Shown here piece after piece: positions 10,734-20,652 of a DNA stretch of 25,575 nucleotides. The translations under genes and the position numbers were made by a program. Origin of the DNA: Tubiluchus corallicola (lineage: Eukaryota; Animalia; Priapulida); NCBI GenBank assembly GCA_030141605.1, contig JAQGDQ010001787.1:1-25575 (forward strand), given 5' to 3'. The notes under the pieces were generated by a model. The model saw nothing but the letters and a program-made list of their open reading frames with translations. It had not been told where the DNA came from and did no database searches. Every line of letters starts with the position of its first letter. The first letter of the stretch is position 1.

Positions 10734-11155
10734 ACCACACTGGACCAGGCATAGTCAAGAGTACCACATCCGTACCACATAGTCATCTGTACCACAATCC
10801 TGGTACAGATTATGCAAAACAAGGCATCATTGATAAATCTTCGGAGCTGATGTCATCATAGCGCAATCTATTATCTTTCTTTCTACCATTTCCACTAACA
10901 CATCCTTCTACCCTTCCTGTGTGATCTAACCTTTCTCCCAGTTCATTTTTTTATTCACTCATCCATTCTTTTTTATCAGGTTCGCATGACACTGGGCTTA
11001 TACACGCCTTTGCTTCTCTAGCCCACTGCAGTACAATTATTCTTTTATGATAACGATAGTGTATGAAACATAACAATTTAATACAGTATGAAGTAATAAT
11101 TTTGATGTAACTGTGTGCTTTATATTGTACTGAAAGTGATAATAGTAATAAATAA
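10734..11155. mobile_element. Interspersed repeat copy A (inverted partner of 14640..15061); class uncertain, possibly non-autonomous Helitron-like or a retroelement 3' end
   Basis: ACCACACTGGACCAGGCATAGTCAAGAGTACC... is the reverse complement of ...GGTACTCTTGACTATGCCTGGTCCAGTGTGGT over ~420 bp. A hairpin TAGTGCCT-AG-AGGCACTA (10558-10575) with adjacent CTAG may mark the true end further left. Confidence 0.7.
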
Positions 11156-11400
11156 AAAAAGAGTGACAATATGTCACGAGCCGGTCACTGGTCAGTCACA
11201 CAGGCTCTCCTGACCATAAAAATCTCTTTTTTCTACCTCACAGGACGAGCAGAAAGAAGAAAAAATCGCTTTTTGTGTTGCAACAGAATAGCTGTTTGTT
11301 TACAATCAACAATTACAAGACTCATACAGTTTCGTTCTGTTGCTTTTCATTCGCAAACAGTAAAAAAAATTGTTTCATGCGTTATACTCACCAAAATCAT

Positions 11401-11428
11401 ATCGCCATGGCAACGGTTGCCTAGTTAC
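11401..11428. promoter_or_regulatory. Tandem RFX X-boxes upstream of paralogue 3
   Basis: ATCGCCATGGCAAC (12/14 match to GTTGCCATGGCAAC) immediately followed by GTTGCCTAGTTAC (reverse GTAACTAGGCAAC, fits GTNRC-N-RGYAAC); ~190 bp before the ATG. Confidence 0.65.
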
Positions 11429-11610
11429 CAGGTGATCTGTGACTTTGTGTGGTATGTAACTGCTAATGAAAGTGTTCCCAGCTGTTTCTTCTTCCTTATC
11501 TGATTTCTTGTTTCTACAAATTGTGTGCACGCATCATAGTAGAAAACAAAGAAGTTATTTAGAAGAAGAAAGAGAAGAAGAGGAAAAAGAAGACGAGGGC
11601 TGTAAAAAAC

Positions 11611-12750
11611 ATGGCAAGAGAAATGGGCATCGAACACACGTTATTCTGGAGGGACGCCGTCAGGAAAGAACAGCGCATTCGGGGAAGATGGGAAAGAAAA
11701 TTTGGGAAGTACCTCGACGAAGTTGATCGGGTGACCATACCGCCACGCCCTGCAACGGTGCCTACCGGATACCGCAGGTACGACCGGATAGATGACCTTT
11801 CGCAGACTGGGCGTCCCGTACGATGCTTCCTGCCTGAGAGGTACTATCGACCGTATAGAACCTTCGAAGCCTTGGAACAGCCATCGTACGTAGGACCAGG
11901 GACCAGCTCCCGTATGGACCAGCCATCGTACGTAAGACCACTGACCAGCTCCCGTATGGACCAGCCATCGTACGTAGGACCAGGGACCAGCTCCCGTATG
12001 GACCAGCCATCGTACGTAAGACCACTGACCAGCTCCCGTATGGACAGGGGAATCAGCTATTGTGGCGACCAGAAAGACAAACCATTGGGACAGTCTTTGA
12101 GACCAGATGACGTCACTAGAGCAGATTACGAGTACTACAAGAAGATGAGAGCCAGCCGGGATGCCTCCAGAAATGGGGATTACGAGGAAGAAAGACTTCC
12201 CGTAACAAGTGGAATAGGTAGGATTGATAGCGAGGATACTTACTTACAGCAAATGTTGCAAGCAAGACCAGCAAAACCTGTTTGCAGACCAGCAAAACCT
12301 GTTTACAGACCTGCAAAACCTGTTTACAGACCAGCAAAACCTGTTTGCAGACCAGCAAAACCTGTTTACAGACCAGCAAAACCTGTTTACAGACATGTTA
12401 AACAAAATGGTGGCATTCAGCAAGATGGCGCCACAAGAACTAATGGCGTCAACAGTTGCGGCTACAAAAACTGCGGTTGTCACAAGAAGTTTGAACCCCT
12501 GGACGCCATTCATAGGAACAGAGAGGTCTACGCGGAAAGGGCAGCTAAGCAGAACCCAGCCATACAGACCCACAATTACAGACGTTACAGGGACACGTGT
12601 GGCGGGGCGTTTGCGTCACCACGTGACGTCATAGACTACGGTTTTACGAACGTAAGGAAGCAACCCATGATGGATAACTGGTGTTGCATGCAGCAGGGTG
12701 TGAGCAGTGGTTCTATTCAGCAACAAAAGCCATTTGTGCCTCATTATTAG
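11611..12750 (+). CDS. SPMIP1-related paralogue 3, 379 aa, apparently single coding exon with internal repeats
   Basis: Long ORF with AACATGG start. N-terminus MAREMGIEHTLFWRDAVRKEQRIRGRWERKFGKY; shared RPATVPTGYR, CFLPERY and WCC motifs; AATAAA at 12809-12814. Confidence 0.87.
   Translation: MAREMGIEHTLFWRDAVRKEQRIRGRWERKFGKYLDEVDRVTIPPRPATVPTGYRRYDRIDDLSQTGRPVRCFLPERYYRPYRTFEALEQPSYVGPGTSSRMDQPSYVRPLTSSRMDQPSYVGPGTSSRMDQPSYVRPLTSSRMDRGISYCGDQKDKPLGQSLRPDDVTRADYEYYKKMRASRDASRNGDYEEERLPVTSGIGRIDSEDTYLQQMLQARPAKPVCRPAKPVYRPAKPVYRPAKPVCRPAKPVYRPAKPVYRHVKQNGGIQQDGATRTNGVNSCGYKNCGCHKKFEPLDAIHRNREVYAERAAKQNPAIQTHNYRRYRDTCGGAFASPRDVIDYGFTNVRKQPMMDNWCCMQQGVSSGSIQQQKPFVPHY
11878..12045 (+). repeat. 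Coding 42-bp repeat x4 (QPSYVGPGTSSRMD / QPSYVRPLTSSRMD alternating)
   Basis: In-frame tandem copies in ABAB order. Confidence 0.95.
12265..12393 (+). repeat. Coding 21-bp repeat x6 (RPAKPV[C/Y])
   Basis: AGACCAGCAAAACCTGTTT(G/A)C; order of last residues C,Y,Y,C,Y,Y. Confidence 0.95.
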
Positions 12751-12954
12751 CAAAAACACACGTGGCTTAAATACCGTCGAAGATTGTACTAGATGCACAT
12801 ATATCTGAAATAAAAAAATGTATTGTTACGAGTTAGAAATGTTACTTATTTTCCCCCCTTCCCTTCCCTTCCCTCCCCTTCCCTTCTACATTGCGATGGT
12901 TTGATCCGCAGTACGTAGCAGGTATAAAATTTCTGATGTGATATGGTCTAGCAG

Positions 12955-13100
12955 GCAGACAGACAGACAGACAGAGATAGACAGACAGACTGACTGACTG
13001 ACTGACTGACTGACTGACTGACTGACTGACTGACTGACTGACTGACTGACTGACAGACAGACAGACATACATACTGACAGACAGACAGACAGACAGACAG
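12955..13100. repeat. (GACA)n/(GACT)n compound microsatellite
   Basis: Directly visible. Confidence 0.96.
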
Positions 13101-13347
13101 GTGCATGTACACTATCTAAGCACCTGTTCCGTAGTTTGTCTAGCATGGTAGACACAAGATGAGTCACTGGAAAGTCTTTTGACATTAATTTCTCTGCTTC
13201 GACCTTCAGTTTTTTTGCATACACACAGATTTTTTGTCAATTTATAATATTGAACCAGCACATCTTGGCTTCAGGAAAACCCGGATTCGAACCATTCACA
13301 AATCCGTCACAAATCAACTATGACACCCATATTTTGCAATCTGCATT

Positions 13348-13440
13348 CATAGATATCATAGATATTCATAGATCATAGATATTCATAGATCATAGATATT
13401 CATAGATCATAGATATTCATAGATCATAGATATTTATAGT
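13348..13440. repeat. 17-bp repeat (CATAGATCATAGATATT), ~5 copies
   Basis: Directly visible. Confidence 0.9.
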
Positions 13441-13603
13441 AAAAAAATCATCACTACTGGACTCTTTTCCAGACAATTTACATTTCCCGCCACACATCTT
13501 CAGACGATCATTTCTAATTTCGAATACAAGTTACTACGCTAAATACAATTATGGTACTCACATCATTACCCAATTGTTGAAATCACCAACACGGTAATTT
13601 TAA

Positions 13604-14072
13604 CCCTTTCAGTCCCAAATTATTTTTTAATAAAAAAAAATTTTTGGCTTGGTACTTTTGTTCAGTATGTCCATCTTGTTTACACATAATAATTTTTTTC
13701 TACCTGTGCCAGCGTGCTAAATATAGCCTGTATCCCACGGGATACATTGGGATTCAATGGAAGCATAAAATGTGCTTCATTTTGCAACTGTTGATAATTT
13801 TTTAAAGTATTTAAGACATTTAGTATGCATGCTATGCTGATCTGTACAAAGTCGTCTCTAAAGTACTGTACCTTGAGCAGTTTTTTATGCTATGTAGATT
13901 TTGTAGTTTGCCATTTTATCACTATTTTTGGTCTATTGTTATTGGCTTAAATCAAAATAGCTATTAACAGCTACTAATCCTAACCCTAACCCTAACCAAT
14001 TTTAAAATTTTTGCTAATTTGAAAGGCAGAAAATATTATCATATCCCACGGGATACAATGGGTGTGAAAGGG
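13604..14072. mobile_element. piggyBac-type non-autonomous element (MITE), copy 1
   Basis: TTAA|CCCTTTCAGTCCC ... GGGTGTGAAAGGG|TTAA: TTAA target site and CCC/GGG termini. Internal palindrome TGTATCCCACGGGATACA repeated subterminally. Second copy at 20653. Confidence 0.88.
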
Positions 14073-14639
14073 TTAAGATAAGCTAAACATGTGACAGCGA
14101 TACAGGGGAATGAGGTAGAAAAGGAGAAGCAAAAACAGAAAAGGGACACCGAAGGTCTTGTCCTACTAAAATAGCAGATTTTGCAACCAAAACGCCTGTT
14201 AAAAAGTATTTCCAGGAAATACTTTTTCTGTGAAACGACTTTTCTAGGAAAAGTAGTTTCTAACAAAAAAATTTCTGGCATTTCCGGGAAGTGGTTCTTT
14301 CTGGGAAATGTTTTTCTGTGAAAAATTTTTCTGGGAAACGGACCTAACACGTACAACACTTGTGAGATGCTTGTGCTGTGAAAGTTATGTTCATCTGTGA
14401 CGTCGTCACTAGTTGGACTTTCCTAGAGTTAATTAAGTTTTTTAACCTCCTGTTTATTTTTTTCATTTTCATTTTTGTTTATTATTATTATTATCACATT
14501 CAGTACAATATAAAGCACACAGTGACATCAAAATTATTACGTCATACTGTATTAAATTGTTATGTTTCATACACTATCGTTATCATAAAAGAATAATTGT
14601 ACTGTAGGGGCTAGTTATTTATTTATTTATTTTTTATTT

Positions 14640-15061
14640 ATTTATTTATTATTATTATCACATTCAGTACAATATAAAGCACACATTGACGTCAAAATTA
14701 TAACATCTACTGTATTAAATTGTTATGTTTCATACACTATCATTATCATAAAAGAATAATTGTACTGCAGTGGGCTAGAGAAGCAAAGGCTTGTATAAGC
14801 CCACTGTCATGTGAACCTGATAAAAAAATGGATGAGTGAACAAAAAAAAAGAACTGGGAGAAAGGTTAGATCACACAGGAAAGGTGGAAGGATGTGTTAG
14901 CGGAAATGGTAGGAAGAAAGATAATAGATTGCGCTATGTTGACATCAGTTCTAAAGATTTATCAATGATGCCTTGTTTTGCATAATCTGTACCAGGATTG
15001 TGGTACAGATGACTATGTGGTACGGATGTGGTACTCTTGACTATGCCTGGTCCAGTGTGGT
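14640..15061. mobile_element. Interspersed repeat copy B, inverted relative to 10734..11155; its first ~140 bp are also tandemly duplicated at ~14475-14615
   Basis: High reverse-complement similarity by eye; TTATTATCACATTCAGTACAATATAAAGCACAC occurs twice. Confidence 0.75.
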
Positions 15062-15215
15062 AGTTATGAGAAACGCTTTAGCATTATTATAGATGCTAAA
15101 CTTTTTATTTTTACCGTATTTCAAATATTTGGGGCATCATATGAAAAACTATCCTGCTCTCTTTTAAAACATAGGCAAAATATTTTACTTATAATCACTG
15201 ATGTTATCTCGGCAC

Positions 15216-15500
15216 CAGGGCCTATTTCAGCCTAGGCGAGGCCCGGGGGAGTGGGGCTCGGGGGGGGGGGGTGGGTGAAGCGCCACTGGGTGGGCGATGC
15301 CATGGTTAGCGGCCAGAAAATTTTTGAACTGCTAGAACGCCGGAGAAGCATTTTCGAAGAGGAAATATGGAGTTATACAGTTGTTAAAGGAAAGAACAAT
15401 TGAAAGAAAAACTGCTTTATTCTCAAGACCAGTCCTTAATACTTGTCAATACTGGCAAACGGCACTCGTGTGGCAAGAGAGAGAGAGAGAGGGAGAGAGG

Positions 15501-15564
<64 letters not shown>

Positions 15565-15597
15565 GGAGAGAGGGAGAGAGAGAGAAGAGAGAGAGAG

Positions 15598-15643
<46 letters not shown>

Positions 15644-15653
15644 GAGAGAGGGA

Positions 15654-15696
<43 letters not shown>

Positions 15697-15809
15697 GAGG
15701 CAGTATGTTATTTTCATAAAGCAAAAAAATGTTACCTTGGCGCGAGGCCCCCCTGGAGGGTGAGGCCCCGGGCAAATATCCCCACTCCCCCCCCTTGAAA
15801 TAGGCCCTG
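15216..15809. mobile_element. hAT-type MITE with internal (GA)n, copy 1
   Basis: Perfect 14-bp TIR CAGGGCCTATTTCA / TGAAATAGGCCCTG; 8-bp TSD CTCGGCAC / CTCAGCAC (1 mismatch); subterminal GAGGCCCC motifs. Confidence 0.88.
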
Positions 15810-15849
15810 CTCAGCACATAGCTCCGACCTATAGCGCCTGAAATTACAC

Positions 15850-16170
15850 GTGACGTAAAATGAGCAGCTTATTTTTCAAGTAGGTCTGACCAAGTTTATT
15901 GTGACGTCACGGTGGTTTCTGTCATGGCAACAATTAAGTTAGCCGATAAAATTTGAAATTTTTTCAAGACCTGTTAGGTAATTTAATTTAAATACGCCAC
16001 CATCTCCAACAAGATGACACGCAAAAATCATTTACAAAATTAATTTAAAACTTATTTTCCTTCCTAAAATTCTCTGCGGGGTTTTGTGTGAACCATGTTG
16101 TCACTTTATCTTGGAAACTAACTTGCCTGTGTTCTGTGACGTCACCTAGTTGTACGTCATGGCAACTGCG
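15850..16170. promoter_or_regulatory. Duplicated CRE + X-box half-site module upstream of paralogue 4
   Basis: TGACGTCA 15902-15909 with GTCATGGCAAC 15921-15931, and TGACGTCA 16137-16144 with GTCATGGCAAC 16156-16166; same spacing. Confidence 0.55.
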
Positions 16171-16289
16171 AACAGTACGATTAAAATTTCGTCTAGTTTA
16201 TGAACCGAAATCTTTCTAAGTTATGTACAGCAAAATTGGTGGAATCTGTCAGATGCGTTTTTGCTGTTAAATTTTAATTCGAACACGTT

Positions 16290-17270
16290 AAACTCGTATC
16301 TTGCCACAAGAATTTTGAAGATAGAAAAGGTTCTGATGTTAATCGAAACTCATATCTTGCCACAAGAATTTTGAGGAGACTAAAGGTTCTGATGTTAATC
16401 GAAAAACCTTCAAGGAACAAAACATTTTGAAGAGAGTAAAGGTTCTGATGTTAATCGAAACTCATATCTTGCCACAAGAATTTTCAGGATAGAAAAGGTT
16501 CTGGTGTTAATCGAAATACCTTCAAGGAACAAAACATTTTGAAGAGAGTAAAGATTCTGATGTTAATCGAAACTCATATCTTGCCACAAGAATTTTGAGG
16601 AGACTAAAGGTTCTGATGTTAATCGAAAAACCTTCAAGGAACAAAACATTTTGAAGAGAGTAAAGGTTCTGATGTTAATCGAAACTCATATCTTGCCACA
16701 AGAATTTTGAGGAGACTAAAGGTTCTGATGTTAATCGAAAAACCTTCAAGGAACAAAACATTTTGAAGAGAGTAAAGGTTCTGATGTTAATCGAAACTCA
16801 TATCTTGCCACAAGAATTTTGAGGAGAGAAAAGGTTCTGGTGTTAATCGAAATACCTTCAAGGAACAAAACATTTTGAAGAGAGTAAAGATTCTGATGTT
16901 AATCGAAACTCATATCTTGCCACAAGAATTTTCAGGAGAGAAAAGGTTCTGGTGTTAATCGAAATACCTTCAAGGAACAAAACATTTTGAAGAGAGTAAA
17001 GATTCTGATGTTAATCGAAACTCATATCTTGCCACAAGAATTTTCAGGATAGAAAAGGTTCTGGTGTTAATCGAAATACCTTCAAGGAACAAAACATTTT
17101 GAAGAGAGTAAAGATTCTGATGTTAATCGAAACTCATATCTTGCCACAAGAATTTTCAGGATAGAAAAGGTTCTGGTGTTAATCGAAATACCTTCAAGGA
17201 ACAAAACATTTTGAAGAGAGTAAAGATTCTGATGTTACTCGAAAAAGTTTCAAGGAACAAAAACTCAAGG
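16290..17270. repeat. Dimeric satellite: two diverged 56-bp subunits alternating as a 112-bp unit, ~8 dimers
   Basis: TTAATCGAAA every 56 nt (16339, 16395, 16451, ...), followed alternately by CTCATATCTTGCCACAAGAA or (A/T)ACCTTCAAGGAACAAAACA. Confidence 0.96.
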
Positions 17271-17344
17271 AACGAAACTGTTGGTTTGTGTTAGTCTAAG
17301 AACTGCAAAGCGCCTCCTGGCGAGGTCCAACAAACACGTTTAAG

Positions 17345-17824
17345 ATGAGTCAAATATCGCAGCGGGAGTTTGGCATGGAGCACACCAATTTCTGGAGGGA
17401 GGCGATCAACAAAGAACGGTTAGTACGGAAGCAGTGGGAGAGACAATACCGTGACAACTCCCCCGGGGATTGGGGTTGGTTTGCCTCAAAGACTTCGTTG
17501 CCAGAACGGCCGGCAACTGTGGCAACGGCATACCGTTACCCTGGTCCGGGCACTTACAGTTACGTACCGCGCACAGAACTGCAGGAGTGTGTACATCCGG
17601 GGAGGTATACCACACCGGAGTTCCGCAAGGAGCAACTTAGCAAGTTGTCTGAATATGATTTTCCTTACGAGTGCCAGCCAAGGACTTATGAGACGTTGGG
17701 TGTAAGACCATACACAGGTCTGAGAGATTATAAACCGACCAGAGCTTTGAGAGATCCATTACTCAGGTCTTGGTGTTGTGGTCAACGTCCAGTACAATCA
17801 AGAGTACCATTGTGTTACTATTAG
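17345..17824 (+). CDS. SPMIP1-related paralogue 4, 159 aa, single coding exon
   Basis: REFGMEHTNFWREAINKERLVRKQWERQY N-terminus; RPATVATAYR, CVHPGRY and WCCGQRP motifs shared with neighbours; AATAAA at 17845-17850. Confidence 0.87.
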   Translation: MSQISQREFGMEHTNFWREAINKERLVRKQWERQYRDNSPGDWGWFASKTSLPERPATVATAYRYPGPGTYSYVPRTELQECVHPGRYTTPEFRKEQLSKLSEYDFPYECQPRTYETLGVRPYTGLRDYKPTRALRDPLLRSWCCGQRPVQSRVPLCYY

Positions 17825-17916
17825 GCAAAATCACAAAATATGAAAATAAACTTCTTCAACAACGAAAAAGAAACTTCTGACTTTTGATTGTAGGAACGAA
17901 AAGGGAGTAACCAAAG

Positions 17917-18064
17917 CAGGGCCTATTTTCGAAGCATTTTCGAAGAGAAAATATGGAAATATACAGTTGTTAAAGGAAAGAACAATTGAAAAAAACTGTT
18001 TTATTCTCAAGACCAGTCCTTAATACTTGATAATACTGGCAAACGGCACGCGTGTGGCAAGAGA

Positions 18065-18160
<96 letters not shown>

Positions 18161-18270
18161 GCAGTATGTTCGCATAAAGCAAAAAAATGTTACCTTGGCG
18201 CGAGGCCCCCCTAGAGGGTGAGGCCCCTTGGAAGTATGCCCACTCCCCCCCCCACTTGAAATAGGCCCTG
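17917..18270. mobile_element. hAT-type MITE, copy 2, internally deleted
   Basis: CAGGGCCTATTT ... TGAAATAGGCCCTG; body matches ~15345-15809 including the (GA)n; no clean TSD. Confidence 0.85.
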
Positions 18271-20652
18271 CTTGCAAGATTGGGAGTAACAAAAGCTTTG
18301 ATTGTTTTACATGAATTTAAATTCTGATAATTTCACTCGGTCAAAAACCTTTGCATAACAGACGTTTGGCTCCTCTTAGAGCATTCTCAGTGTAAATGTA
18401 AATATTTCAATTTTTTAGCTCAATTCAATTCAAAACGTTTATTTATCTCAACACAATGTCTATACAAAGTTCACTAAAGGAAAAAACAAGTCTGTTGTGT
18501 TTATTTTACTGTAATCATTTAAACTTAAAAAATAAGACAATTAGATGTGCAAAAAAACTGTATCTGTAAAGCATACATCTACAATAAACTACCTCTGAAT
18601 AGAAATTTTCTGGCCTGGCGGTTGCCGCCATTGACTTGAAGATCATGACGTAACTGGGAGATTTCATAAAACGGAAGTGGTGCTGACAAGCCACTGGCGT
18701 AGCAGTGTCTAGTTTTTTTGCTGGATTACTGCTGCGTTTACCTGTCTGAAGGCAGATTTCTTTTATTTTAGAATTCTGCCTGCCCAATGTCTACAATAGA
18801 CGTGACGGGCGTATGATGATGATGATGACGATGTTGATGTTGATGGGAGACTTCATGTTTCTCCCAACGCGCATCGTGGCTTTTCCTAACACACTCTAAC
18901 GTTTTGCTCGTTAGATGGCGCCAGGAACTGCTTAGTTACGAGAATGTTTGCGTTTGTTCATCACGTGTCACATTTCACTGTTTATTTACCCTCACAGAAA
19001 CCACGTGGTATCCAAGGAAACCGTTGCTAGTATATTTGTTTAGGCTGCGATTTTCCGATGTTTCACGAACAAAACCGAACAAAATGGCTTCTTTGAGTGG
19101 GATGCAATTCCGATGCCCATTTTCATTAGGAAAGAAGCCATGAAATTTAATAAAAATAGTGTCAAATTTCAAGTTACGGTTAACTCTTTTAACTAAAGAA
19201 ATTCGCTTTTACGTCAAATGTGACCTTCAAAAACAAAAGCAAGTCGAAACTTTTGATTTAGGTAATTACAGCAGTCAGAAACCAACATTTACCTCTGTTA
19301 TGAATTGAATAATCACTTTACCTTTTACCTCTGACTTAATTAACATCAGTGGTATCAAAAATGAGCTAAATTATGCTAATATGCATGATACGTTTCGTTT
19401 ACCCAATTAAACGGCATGCTATATGAAGAGTCCCGATTGTTAACTGCTTGTGGTGTGTTGGGAATTTTACTAATACTTACTAATAATGATGTTTAATTTA
19501 TTTCATAGTCCCTGATGAGGCAGTTAGCATGTGAAAGGTGGTTAATAAAAATGTCTATTTCAATTTTAAGTATTTTAACTAATAAATTACTACTATTTTT
19601 GAACTATCTGTGTCATTACATTATCGAAGTAACCAGCTGTATATATCTGTTCTCAAGTAAAATGTTTTTGTTGCACATAACGAAAATACTTTTGATCAGT
19701 AATATTACTGTATATAAATCCACTTGAAATGACTAAACTTTATATAATATAAAGATGTTTGCTAAATAAGTCTGAATTAGTTTTCAGTAAAGGGTATTCA
19801 ATATGAAGTGTGCTAGCAGTTAACTGTTTGTGGTGCGTTAGGAATAAGAAGTTTATACATTATAAATATAAAACGGGCGGATCCATGATTGAGAGTTCAG
19901 CTTTTCTTTATCAAATTAGCAACAAGGAACTAGATATTTTGAAGCTCATATTTAGATATTTTTAAGTCATAAGACGTTTTTCAACTAAAGCGTTTGACGT
20001 AATCTGCTGTATGTTGCCTCCTTTATGTAAGTATGAAGGCGTTTTGCCATATTCCGTTTTTTGCAGATGTGTGAATCTATCATTTGTTTGTTTACCTGAT
20101 TCCTATTAAAAATAGAAAGTAACAAAAGCAATGCATGCTTTTCTTCAGCACAAAAATGCATTAACAAGTAAGAAAATTTGTATTAAGGATGAAAATTGAT
20201 CTGAAATCTTTTATCACTTAGATGCTACTTTATTGCATACAGAGCTTGCATTAGCAGTAACGCCGTATAAAGCTTGTAAATTTAAAGTCCCACGACAACC
20301 GTTAGGTCAAGCCATTTTACGGAAAGTCTTTTGAAACAAGTTTAGACAACGTTGCGAAAAATTTGCAAAATTATCAGAGCATTCGTAGCGCTCTCTTCAC
20401 TAACTAAACAAAAGCATATATTACTTTATATAGTCAGAAAGATTAATAGTGTGTCTTTTGGTGAGTCAAAGGTGCACACTGGGAATGTGACACAGTGACG
20501 TTTACTAAGTGGCACGAACAATTTAAATTATTAAGAATTTTAATTTCCTGTTAAATAACTCTTTCAAATACGTAAGTGTAATGTTATGTAATCTAAGTTT
20601 GAGTAGAATATTTTTTGGGATACGTTTCGAAATTCTTTTCCTTTTCGTTTAA

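Noticed and set aside
13105-13230. Minus-strand coding-like stretch YAKKLKVEAEKLMSKDFPVTHLVSTMLDKLRNRCL
   Set aside because: No ATG or clear acceptor, an upstream in-frame stop, and it runs into a microsatellite; at most a decayed TE fragment.
15381-15817. RE-rich and SL-rich ORFs (also 17970-18292 and 3672-4031)
   Set aside because: Translations of (GA)n tracts, the first two inside hAT MITEs.
16290-17270. CRISPR-like appearance (constant block with varying inserts)
   Set aside because: The inserts are only two alternating subunits, not unique spacers; eukaryotic context and no cas genes.
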